48,347 nt of DNA from a virus. Taxonomy: Duplodnaviria > Caudoviricetes. The notes beneath the pieces were generated by a model. It was not told the origin of the DNA, ran no database searches, and saw nothing but the letters and a program-made list of their open reading frames with translations. Made by a program: the position numbers and the translations under genes. The DNA lies in IMG/VR virus record IMGVR_UViG_3300032246_001968, positions 1-48,347 of that record, one strand, 5' to 3'. Shown here piece after piece: positions 18,401-26,334 of the stretch (the first letter of the stretch is position 1; each line of letters starts with the position of its first letter).

Positions 18401-19354
18401 TTAAGGTACAATATTCATTACAACCGAAGTTGAGTTTCCACTAGTAGTCCAAATCCATGTGTATGTTCCAGCACTTAATTGCATACTTGAAATCGTTTGT
18501 CCTGAATATGTCGCACTTCCATTGATTACTGTATTTGAAGTATATCCTGAAGGGACATATAATAAACGACTATTACCACCAGCACCAGGGAGAATTCCCA
18601 TAGTTGAACCTGAAGTTGATGTTACTCCGACACCGCCATTACCAAAACTTGTTGGGTAAGTTACTGATGTAGCACTATATGTGTCTACAGTTGTTGAAGG
18701 TCCAATTGCCCAAATAGCTTGGTTTGCAGCAAATCCAGCCCCTATGTTGTTAGGTCCTGCAAATGATAATGCCGCTAAATTGAAATATCCTGAACCATTC
18801 CAAACAACATTAGGTCCTACTTGTGAAACTGTTACGTTGAAGTTACCAGTCCCTCCTTGTGTTGGGGTTGGTGTAGGTGTTGCAGATGTTGCCGTTGGTG
18901 TTGGTGTTGTAGTTGATGCTGGTGTTCCTGTCGGAGTTGGTGTAACCGCAATTGTTGCAGTTGGCGTTGGTGTTATTGAAGTAAATGATGTCCAATATCC
19001 ATTTGCTGTTAACCAAGCTGTTGCTTGTGATGTAGTTGTAAATGGTGTATCTCCAATTCTTGGAGGAATTGAATTACATAAATCTAAAAAAGATTGGTCT
19101 GTAAGTCCTGAACTTCTCCAAAATCCTAAATAAGCTGAACCACCTGCTGCACCATCATGACTACCTGATGGGTCAGTATGTGCTATTACATAACCATTAG
19201 TTTCATCTGGTCCACCCCACCATTGGAGTCCGCCATATCCGTCACTATATTCAATATCAATGTTACTAACGGCAATATCACCGACTTGAATTGTTCCAAA
19301 AACTGGTCCTCCTGGATTATATGCAAATATTTTCTGAATTATTGGTTGAGACAT
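18401..19354 (-). CDS. Putative virion fibre/adhesin: conserved N-domain, PT-rich linker, beta-rich C-domain
   Basis: N-terminal ~120 aa homologous to 19384-20376; TPTPT linker. Confidence 0.65.
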   Translation of the reverse strand: MSQPIIQKIFAYNPGGPVFGTIQVGDIAVSNIDIEYSDGYGGLQWWGGPDETNGYVIAHTDPSGSHDGAAGGSAYLGFWRSSGLTDQSFLDLCNSIPPRIGDTPFTTTSQATAWLTANGYWTSFTSITPTPTATIAVTPTPTGTPASTTTPTPTATSATPTPTPTQGGTGNFNVTVSQVGPNVVWNGSGYFNLAALSFAGPNNIGAGFAANQAIWAIGPSTTVDTYSATSVTYPTSFGNGGVGVTSTSGSTMGILPGAGGNSRLLYVPSGYTSNTVINGSATYSGQTISSMQLSAGTYTWIWTTSGNSTSVVMNIVP

Positions 19355-19383
19355 GGTATTTTACTTATTAAACAATAAATATG

Positions 19384-20376
19384 TTAATATCCGTATCTTG
19401 ATTTAGTTGTGTTAAAAATTCCTAAAATTTCTCCTGATGTTAATCCTCTATCATAAATTAATACCTCCCCAACATTACCATTCAAAAATTCATTTCCTCC
19501 AGTTTTTGCAACCTGTAATGCACTTGTGATAACATTATGTCCTACAGGATAATCTGAACTAACTAAACTACCATTAACCCAAATACTTCTTGTTGTACCA
19601 TCATAAGTCGCAACTGCATTAAACCAGTTTGTTGGTGACACAGAGGAAACTCCCGCTAAATCGTTGGCCCACCAATAATTTAACAATACATTAGTTGAAG
19701 CCGTTCTGAATGCGTTTGATTGATTTGTAGTACCAAATGACCCAATACTCATGAGTCCATTACCGCCCCAAGTAGGACCAAGTTGAACCCATATTATTAA
19801 AGTATAATTTGCATTACCTATAGGTAGATTGGAACCTGATGGATTATTAAACCATCCGTTTGCTCCTGTTGAAAAATAAACAGGTGATGAATTATTCCAA
19901 GCAATACTACCTGAATTTACCATTGTAACATCGTTTCCATTACCACTTATATCATACCAAGTGGTTCCTGTACCAGGATAGCTTGATAAATTATTCGCAT
20001 CTAAATATAAAACAGGTCCACCATACGAATTCCAATAACCATTATTTGTTAACCATGTACTAGCTTCGGTGGCGGATGTAAAATTTTGATTGAATTGATT
20101 ATTTGTTAATTCAAGAAAAGAACTATCGGTTAAATCTGTTGATTTAAAAAATCCAACTGATGCGGTTACTCCTGAAATTGGTGTTGGTTGAGTGTTTCCT
20201 GAAACAGGAACGGCAATAACATACCCATCTGATTCTTCGGGTCCCATCCACCAAGTAACTTCCCCTGGTTCTATACTATAATCTTGGTCAGTTGTTCCGA
20301 CCGCCAAACTTCCTACTTGTGTTGTTCCCTCAATAGGTGAAGCACTTGGGTTATACGCTAAAGGTGTTGTTGCCAT
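19384..20376 (-). CDS. LamG/concanavalin A-like domain protein, putative virion fibre
   Basis: LYLDA...SYPGTGTTWYDISGNGN, W.N.VATYDG...VNG, GNVGEVLIYDRGLT..EI...FN. Confidence 0.85.
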   Translation of the reverse strand: MATTPLAYNPSASPIEGTTQVGSLAVGTTDQDYSIEPGEVTWWMGPEESDGYVIAVPVSGNTQPTPISGVTASVGFFKSTDLTDSSFLELTNNQFNQNFTSATEASTWLTNNGYWNSYGGPVLYLDANNLSSYPGTGTTWYDISGNGNDVTMVNSGSIAWNNSSPVYFSTGANGWFNNPSGSNLPIGNANYTLIIWVQLGPTWGGNGLMSIGSFGTTNQSNAFRTASTNVLLNYWWANDLAGVSSVSPTNWFNAVATYDGTTRSIWVNGSLVSSDYPVGHNVITSALQVAKTGGNEFLNGNVGEVLIYDRGLTSGEILGIFNTTKSRYGY

Positions 20377-20409
20377 TTTTCTTTTTTCTTATAAATAGTT
20401 AAATGGCAC

Positions 20410-20441
20410 AAAAAAAAAAGGGAAACACCGTCGTGTTTCCC
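20410..20441 (-). terminator. Intrinsic terminator
   Basis: GGGAAACAC-GACG-GTGTTTCCC plus T10 on the minus strand. Confidence 0.85.
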
Positions 20442-20715
20442 CGAATGTCCCCGTCAGGACAAAAATGTATGATTATTGTTTTTGGAAGGGTAAATCATCA
20501 ACACCCATGAAGTCGGACAAACTTCTGTTTTAGTTCTAATCCAAAACAACCAAAATGACCCGTTGTTTTAGTCTGGTCAAGGTCAGACAAGGAGAACATT
20601 CCTATAAAAACCCCCCGTGTTTTATTTAACAATTTTCTAATTTGTAACGCGGAGAAGAAAGCTGTTCGGGTGAGTATGGGGAACCACCACTAAAAAACAT
20701 TCCGCTGTCCATTTC
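20410..20715 (-). ncRNA. Candidate ~300-nt structured non-coding RNA
   Basis: Bounded by TATCTTTG (20720-20727) and a terminator; several hairpins; only a 28-codon ORF noted. Confidence 0.5.
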
Positions 20716-20803
20716 TTTTCAAAGATAAGATAAGTCTTTCAACTTGTCAAATTCTTTTGGCGAAAATTCCGAAATAAAACGTCTCTATCTCGGAGGACTT
20801 TCG

Positions 20804-20895
20804 TGGTTGGGAGTGGAATCGAACCACTGGCACACTGCTTTCACACAGATGCTCTACCTATGTCAAGTTACCTTAACAACTGAGCTACCACAACC
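20804..20895 (-). tRNA. Atypical tRNA-like RNA, identity uncertain (loop contains GAA/GTG)
   Basis: TAGCTCAG...GGTAGAGC D-arm, AGTGG-TTCGATT-CCACT T-arm, acceptor GGTTG(T)GG/CCCAACC; extra hairpin in the D-loop; irregular anticodon loop. Confidence 0.7.
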
Positions 20896-21108
20896 ATATT
20901 TTTTAAAGAACTATTATTGGGATTTCAAACCATTTGGTGTAGTAAACTTGTCACTCTCACTTCAGGTACATTTTTACTGTCCTCCCAATTTCTATACAAA
21001 GATAAGAACTTTTTTTTAAACCGTCAAATCTTTTTTTCTGAGTTTGGATACCGAGTATCTTTCATCACCTATAAGTTCCAAACTCATTACAAAGATACAA
21101 AGAACTTT

Positions 21109-21363
21109 TTACATTGTCATCATCCAACCCAATTTATTTTGTTCCTCATATTGAGAATAAGTACATCTACGTAATGACTTATAATCTGGTCTTAATTTCA
21201 CATTATCAGGATATTTCTTTTCATCATCAAGTCTTTCTTTGATAATACGTCTGTACGCTTCTTTTTTACTCGGAGCCCATACATCGTTAAAACCACCTCC
21301 AATCCAATTAAATAAATAAAGGTAGTCACCATTAACACTTCTGTAGAGTTTTTCTTTTGTCAT
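21109..21363 (-). CDS. Hypothetical protein
   Basis: YLFNWIGGGFNDVWA; TATCTTTG at 21385-21392. Confidence 0.75.
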   Translation of the reverse strand: MTKEKLYRSVNGDYLYLFNWIGGGFNDVWAPSKKEAYRRIIKERLDDEKKYPDNVKLRPDYKSLRRCTYSQYEEQNKLGWMMTM

Positions 21364-21456
21364 ATTGTTTCTGTATTTGTTTCACAAAGATAAGAACTAT
21401 TTCCGAATCCAACAAACTTTTTTTTCGAAAACAATATTTATTTTTAAATCTTACAC

Positions 21457-21585
21457 ATGGCAAATTCAAAATCAGCGGGAAATGCAAACAAAGTTTCTTT
21501 TGGTAAAAAAAAGAGAGGAGCAGCTAAAAAATCTTTTAACAAACACACACCAAAAGTGAAGGCATACAGGGGACAGGGTAGATAA
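21457..21585 (+). CDS. 42-aa basic peptide ending YRGQGR (not in ORF track)
   Basis: MANSKSAGNANKVSFGKKKRGAAKKSFNKHTPKVKAYRGQGR; TATTTAT at 21435-21441. Confidence 0.8.
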   Translation: MANSKSAGNANKVSFGKKKRGAAKKSFNKHTPKVKAYRGQGR

Positions 21586-21623
21586 TCTGTATTTTTTTGT
21601 GATTTATAACTAAATTTCTGTTT

Positions 21624-21908
21624 ATGGATAGGAAACGAAAACTCTTTCGCCTGATGGAATCATACATAAATGATTTTCGTGGAGATGCCGTTCAAGAAAT
21701 TTACGGTAAAGGGTCTTATATCAAAATTCACAACTTAAACTTTTCCGTAGCACAACAAAGTGTATTATTAGAAGCTGTTATTATTCTTGGTGATTTGATA
21801 ACGGAAGAACATATAGATAGAAAACTTGCCGATGTTTTGATTCAAGACGCTACTGTTTATTTCTTCCCCGAATATTCAATCAAAACTTACGTAAGATTTG
21901 ACGTGTAA
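21624..21908 (+). CDS. Hypothetical protein
   Basis: 94-aa ORF with ATG start. Confidence 0.7.
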   Translation: MDRKRKLFRLMESYINDFRGDAVQEIYGKGSYIKIHNLNFSVAQQSVLLEAVIILGDLITEEHIDRKLADVLIQDATVYFFPEYSIKTYVRFDV

Positions 21909-22187
21909 TTAAATTTCTTTTCCACTCTGAAGAAACTCAACTTTAACAGATAGTGCAGCAACTTGTTCAGTAAGTTTCAAAATAGTTTGTCTCATCTCGT
22001 CTTTTTCTTTAGAAGCCGCTTGTAACAAAGCCTCCAATTTGGCAATTCGGTCTTTACAATCATGACGAATAAATTCATCATCTCTTTCTTTTCTCATGGA
22101 CCTTTTTTCGTAAAATCTCCATGCACTCGCGGAACCTAAAACACCAACTACCGTAATTAAGACTGTCCAAATTGATTCTTGTTGCAT
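21909..22187 (-). CDS. Membrane-anchored coiled-coil protein
   Basis: N-terminal TM plus heptad repeats; TATTTAT at 22203-22209. Confidence 0.75.
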   Translation of the reverse strand: MQQESIWTVLITVVGVLGSASAWRFYEKRSMRKERDDEFIRHDCKDRIAKLEALLQAASKEKDEMRQTILKLTEQVAALSVKVEFLQSGKEI

Positions 22188-22334
22188 AACACTATTTTAG
22201 AGATAAATATTACTTTTTTTAGAAAAATTAGTCGTTTGGTCGAAAGGACAATAATTATTATTCTTATAGAATAATAATATAATATTAAAAAAAGAGTAAA
22301 AATAAAAAAAACTAGTAATACTAGTTCTAGGATT

Positions 22335-22628
22335 TTATACAAAATCAACACAACACTCAAACCCTAAAACTCCTTCTAACAAACGAGTAACTTGACGAGA
22401 ATCTACAAGATTTTCATAACTTTCATAATGAGAAAAATCTTGAACTTGAGGGGGTGTTTTTCTTTTGATGGACAAAAAAATGGTGTGAGAATCGGGAACC
22501 CATTCGTTGGTCTTTTCGTCAAACTTTTGCGTAGGAAGTATCACTACCTCATTAATTGAGAGCTCATCTCCGAAGGAGGTGTCCAACGAAGACTCGACAA
22601 GTCGTTTTATTCTGGTAATTTTGTCCAT
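22335..22628 (-). CDS. Hypothetical protein
   Basis: 97-aa ORF coupled to the upstream gene. Confidence 0.65.
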   Translation of the reverse strand: MDKITRIKRLVESSLDTSFGDELSINEVVILPTQKFDEKTNEWVPDSHTIFLSIKRKTPPQVQDFSHYESYENLVDSRQVTRLLEGVLGFECCVDFV

Positions 22629-22993
22629 GTCATATCTGAATTAAAGATTACAGAGTATAGGTGTTTTTTATTCCATTCCGTGGGTCCAATTAGAGATAAT
22701 GTCTTACCACCATTAGAATCCTCATATAAGTGATATACATCCCCAATTTTTGGTTCAAATTTATAGTTTGACTCGTAGACCTCTTGGTTAACCATCATCG
22801 AATTTTTCAGTATTTCTACCTCTTTAACGAGTTCGTCATATCGTTTCTTCACAACTCGGTCCACTTTGTTTAGACCGTGTTTTTTAAAGGCTGTTAAATC
22901 TTGGGGTTTAATCTTTGGGGCACCAACATGTGCAGGATACTCCATTTTCATGGGTTGAAGATTGACTTTATCTATATGAGATTGTGTTGACAT
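22607..22993 (-). CDS. DUF2452-like protein
   Basis: YP..VGAPKI.P, Y...Y.FEP.IG..YHLY, LSLIGP.EW. Confidence 0.75.
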   Translation of the reverse strand: MSTQSHIDKVNLQPMKMEYPAHVGAPKIKPQDLTAFKKHGLNKVDRVVKKRYDELVKEVEILKNSMMVNQEVYESNYKFEPKIGDVYHLYEDSNGGKTLSLIGPTEWNKKHLYSVIFNSDMTWTKLPE

Positions 22994-23050
22994 AAAAAAA
23001 GACCCATTCAGGGTCTTTTAAATATAATTAATAAATTTTAAAATTTCAAA

Positions 23051-23548
23051 TTATTGTCCTTTTAACATTGCAATTCCATGTTTTAAAAATTCTTTCGCTC
23101 TTGGTGAAACGTGTTGCATAGTTTGAACTTTTTCAATGTCTTTCACCAATTCTTCACCATGTTCGTTTTCTTTGTACAATTCGATGATTTTATCCATTGC
23201 ATCACAACATTCTTTTTTAGTTTCATCAAAAAACTTATAAGGTTTGTGTGCTTTGATGTGACTCATAACATCATGAGCTAAATGTTCACCACCATCAGAC
23301 ACCTTTGGGTGTAATCTAAGAGTTTTTAACAACTCTAATTTGTCAACTAATCCGTGAACACCATTTTTTCTGATTTTCACACCATCGATGTAATCTTCAG
23401 GCTCATCTGAACCCATTATTTCTTCTAATGATTTAACATTGCCGCTATGACAGAACTTTCTGTCATCTTTTTTAACAGACTGCTCAGAAAAATACATTTT
23501 CTTAATTTCTTTAGCGTCTGATTCTGTAAGTTGGAATCTTTTACTCAT
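23051..23548 (-). CDS. Hypothetical protein with xLTE leader
   Basis: MSKRFQLTE; TATTTAT at 23553-23559. Confidence 0.8.
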   Translation of the reverse strand: MSKRFQLTESDAKEIKKMYFSEQSVKKDDRKFCHSGNVKSLEEIMGSDEPEDYIDGVKIRKNGVHGLVDKLELLKTLRLHPKVSDGGEHLAHDVMSHIKAHKPYKFFDETKKECCDAMDKIIELYKENEHGEELVKDIEKVQTMQHVSPRAKEFLKHGIAMLKGQ

Positions 23549-23568
23549 AACAATAAATATATCAATGT

Positions 23569-24282
23569 TTACAATGTGTCGTGAAGAAACTTCTTTTTCT
23601 CCTTGTCGGTCAAAATTGATTTTGTAAATGAAAATGGGTCATAATCACACAAATAAAAATGATTTTTAAAATATTCATAAACATACTTTGCAGAGGTTTC
23701 AGTGTAAACATCTGAAAAATTGAAGGCTCTTCTCTTGATAAATTCATTTTTACTCAAAAAACTTGAAAATTCAGATTTTTCCCATAAATCTGTGTTTTTG
23801 ATGAATTTTAGTGATTTTAGGTCATTTTCAAGATTTTCCATCTTGATGAACACATCAGGTACTTTATTGAAAAAATCAACTTTTTTCAAATATCTACCCA
23901 AATTAGGTGCACTTGGGTCATAAGGCACATTTTGAGTTAAATTTGGAGATAAAAACATTTCTTTGATAAAAATTTCAAATCTTTTTCTATAATAGTCAAC
24001 ATTATCTTTAGTATACACCAAACTTATATTTGAAAAATTAACAAAAATTGATAAAACTCGGTCGTATGGGTTTCTTATATTACAAATAACTTCATAATCA
24101 GAATATTCTTCAGGGAAAATGATAGCATGTGAATGATATGGTTCACACAATTTCAAAATTGCCGATTTTGGGTAGTTTTCAAAATAAAAAAAATCATAAT
24201 TTTTCAAAATATGAGATGTAACCTTTGAAGCAGTCTTTTCGGGTGCCCACCAAATCGTTTTATGTTCATGAGATATGTTCAT
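23569..24282 (-). CDS. Sulfotransferase-family (Sulfotransfer_2-like) protein
   Basis: PEKTAS (5'-PSB-like), IRNPYDRVLS (3'-PB-like), IKMENL..D. Confidence 0.7.
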   Translation of the reverse strand: MNISHEHKTIWWAPEKTASKVTSHILKNYDFFYFENYPKSAILKLCEPYHSHAIIFPEEYSDYEVICNIRNPYDRVLSIFVNFSNISLVYTKDNVDYYRKRFEIFIKEMFLSPNLTQNVPYDPSAPNLGRYLKKVDFFNKVPDVFIKMENLENDLKSLKFIKNTDLWEKSEFSSFLSKNEFIKRRAFNFSDVYTETSAKYVYEYFKNHFYLCDYDPFSFTKSILTDKEKKKFLHDTL

Positions 24283-24318
24283 ACTTTACAAGTATAATCT
24301 ATTTATTGAAAAAAATAT

Positions 24319-24966
24319 ATGAAAAAAATTACCAAGAAACTTTTTATACTTTTTAGTGTCTCACTAATGGGTATAAACGCTCAAGCACAAGATGTTGTTG
24401 TCTTAAAACACACAAATTACACATCTCATTATTCAAAATCTAAACATTACCCTATGATGGTGGAATGGTGGATAACAAAGGCTAAAGTTGGATGCCCAAC
24501 TCCGTTAGCGAGGAAAGATAATTTTAAACCTGACCCACAATTACTCAACGAAACTGATTTGGCAAAAGATTATGTTGGTAGTGGTACGGACAGAGGTCAT
24601 ATGATGCCAGCAGCAGAAAATCTTTGTCAAACACCCGCAATTCAAGATGAATGTTTTTACTTTTCAAACATGGCAGCACAATATCATTCTTTAAATGCCG
24701 GTGATTGGAAATCAGTTGAAACAATGGAGAGAGAATGGGCAAAAAAAGACGATTCAGTTCACGTATGGTGTGGTAATATAGGAGAAATTAAAAAAATAGG
24801 AAGTGTGTCTGTTCCAAAACAATGTTGGAAAGTGATATACTTTGTAAAAACAAAAGAATGGATGTCATTTTTATTCAATAACGACACGTCCAAACCAGAT
24901 GGTATTCACAACAATCTAGTTGATAAAAAAGATATTGAAAAACTTACAGGATTTAAATTTCGTTAA
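24319..24966 (+). CDS. Secreted DNA/RNA non-specific endonuclease (NucA-type)
   Basis: Signal peptide ...NAQA; DRGHMMPA, FYFSNM..Q...LN.G.W..E, VP...WKVI. Confidence 0.92.
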   Translation: MKKITKKLFILFSVSLMGINAQAQDVVVLKHTNYTSHYSKSKHYPMMVEWWITKAKVGCPTPLARKDNFKPDPQLLNETDLAKDYVGSGTDRGHMMPAAENLCQTPAIQDECFYFSNMAAQYHSLNAGDWKSVETMEREWAKKDDSVHVWCGNIGEIKKIGSVSVPKQCWKVIYFVKTKEWMSFLFNNDTSKPDGIHNNLVDKKDIEKLTGFKFR

Positions 24967-25159
24967 ATAAAAACTTATTTAAGTTATCAATCGTATAAGT
25001 AGAATCATACTTATCGTACACAAAATCCCACAAGGTCTTATTTTTCTTAAATGGGTGAGGTTGAGTCTTTGCCCATTTTTTTGCCCACACGTAGTTTTCT
25101 CGACTCCAAGTTAATTTTTTTGTTGGTTTTTTAATAAAAAAAGACCTAACATTCATTAA
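24953..25159 (-). CDS. Hypothetical protein
   Basis: MNVRSFFIKK...WAK.QPHP...LWD. Confidence 0.55.
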   Translation of the reverse strand, partial: LMNVRSFFIKKPTKKLTWSRENYVWAKKWAKTQPHPFKKNKTLWDFVYDKYDSTYTIDNLNKFLFNEI

Positions 25160-25322
25160 AATTTTACACCAAATAATAAACATATTAATGTAATTGTACT
25201 TATCAATAAGGTAATATCAAGCTTACTGATTTTATGTTTCGTTAGAAACTTTTCAATTATTTTTTTTACATCCATATTAAAAAAAACCCCCTATTAGAAG
25301 GGGGTTAAGTTTTTATAATTAA

Positions 25323-25748
25323 TTAAGCCATTGTTTCGTCTGAACCATCTGATGGCATATCTGTATTCATAGTATACGCGTCAGGGTTTGTATATGAACC
25401 CGTGCTACAATATTTACTTTTGTCCAATAGTTTAACTATAGTATCATTGTAAACAACAGTATTAGTTGCGCCATACCCCATATTACTACCTAAATTTAAT
25501 TTCAATACACCTGAACAATCATAAAGAAGAGTACCTCCTTTAGGTTTTGGGTTCATAGTAATTTCAAAATAAGAAGCTTTTGGTGTCGCCTTTACAAATT
25601 TACTTGGACCTGGCGTTAATGCAAATTTCTTAGCAGCATCAGAAAAAATATAATAAGATTTGTCTGTTGGTAAAATTCCTTCAGATAATACTTTTTTTAT
25701 AATAAGAGCTAAATCTTGCTCAGTGAGTCTAATAACTTTCTTTGACAT
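25323..25748 (-). CDS. Hypothetical protein with IRLTE leader
   Basis: MSKKVIRLTEQDL..IIKKVLSE; TATTTAT at 25763-25769. Confidence 0.8.
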   Translation of the reverse strand: MSKKVIRLTEQDLALIIKKVLSEGILPTDKSYYIFSDAAKKFALTPGPSKFVKATPKASYFEITMNPKPKGGTLLYDCSGVLKLNLGSNMGYGATNTVVYNDTIVKLLDKSKYCSTGSYTNPDAYTMNTDMPSDGSDETMA

Positions 25749-25780
25749 AAAAATCTTTGAATATAAATATCAATAAACTA

Positions 25781-25972
25781 TTAAAATAATTTTTGTGTTT
25801 GATTATAAAGTTGTCTCATTTGTGATTCAAGGACATTTATCTTTTGTTGGTCTTGAGGTGAAACCTCAAGATTTTCAGCTTTAACAAGTCTTACTTGTTC
25901 TTGAAGTCTTTGAAATTGAAATAATAATTTATTATACAATTCGGCTTTTTGGTTATTTGATAAATTTTGCAT
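25781..25972 (-). CDS. Small coiled-coil protein
   Basis: 63-aa helical ORF. Confidence 0.65.
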   Translation of the reverse strand: MQNLSNNQKAELYNKLLFQFQRLQEQVRLVKAENLEVSPQDQQKINVLESQMRQLYNQTQKLF

Positions 25973-26013
25973 ATTCTTTTTTTTAATTTTAGTCCTAATA
26001 GATGATTAGTAAA

Positions 26014-26298
26014 TTACTTTCCGTATTTTATATTTTCATAGGCAGTTTTAACGTCATCTAATCCTTTATGAATGCTTTGTCTCAAAGGCATTGACACCTC
26101 TTTTCCTCCTTTCATCATTGAAATCAATTCTTGTAAATAATCAATGATTTGTTCAGCACTCTCAGCAACCTCATCATTTGGATTACCAGCTGAGGTTTCC
26201 ATTGGTTGACTATAGATATCTAAGTCCATCGCAGCACTATTTGTATTCTGCTCCATTATTTTTTTTAACTGAGATTTCGTTATTATTATCTTAGACAT
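26014..26298 (-). CDS. Hypothetical protein with KIIIT leader
   Basis: MSKIIITKSQLKKIME. Confidence 0.75.
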   Translation of the reverse strand: MSKIIITKSQLKKIMEQNTNSAAMDLDIYSQPMETSAGNPNDEVAESAEQIIDYLQELISMMKGGKEVSMPLRQSIHKGLDDVKTAYENIKYGK

Positions 26299-26307
26299 TT
26301 GTTTTAT

Positions 26308-26323
26308 TATATTTATAAATATA
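26308..26323. promoter_or_regulatory. Palindromic bidirectional TATTTAT element
   Basis: TATATTTATAAATATA between divergent starts at 26298 and 26335. Confidence 0.65.
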
Positions 26324-26334
26324 AAACAATACCT

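Noticed and set aside
18459-19378. Plus-strand ORFs including a VGVGV-rich one
   Set aside because: Antisense of the TPTPT linker gene
20744-21559. Plus-strand ORFs 20744-21019, 20917-21174 and 21365-21559
   Set aside because: They overlap the tRNA-like RNA, the promoter cassettes or the better-supported YRGQGR peptide in another frame
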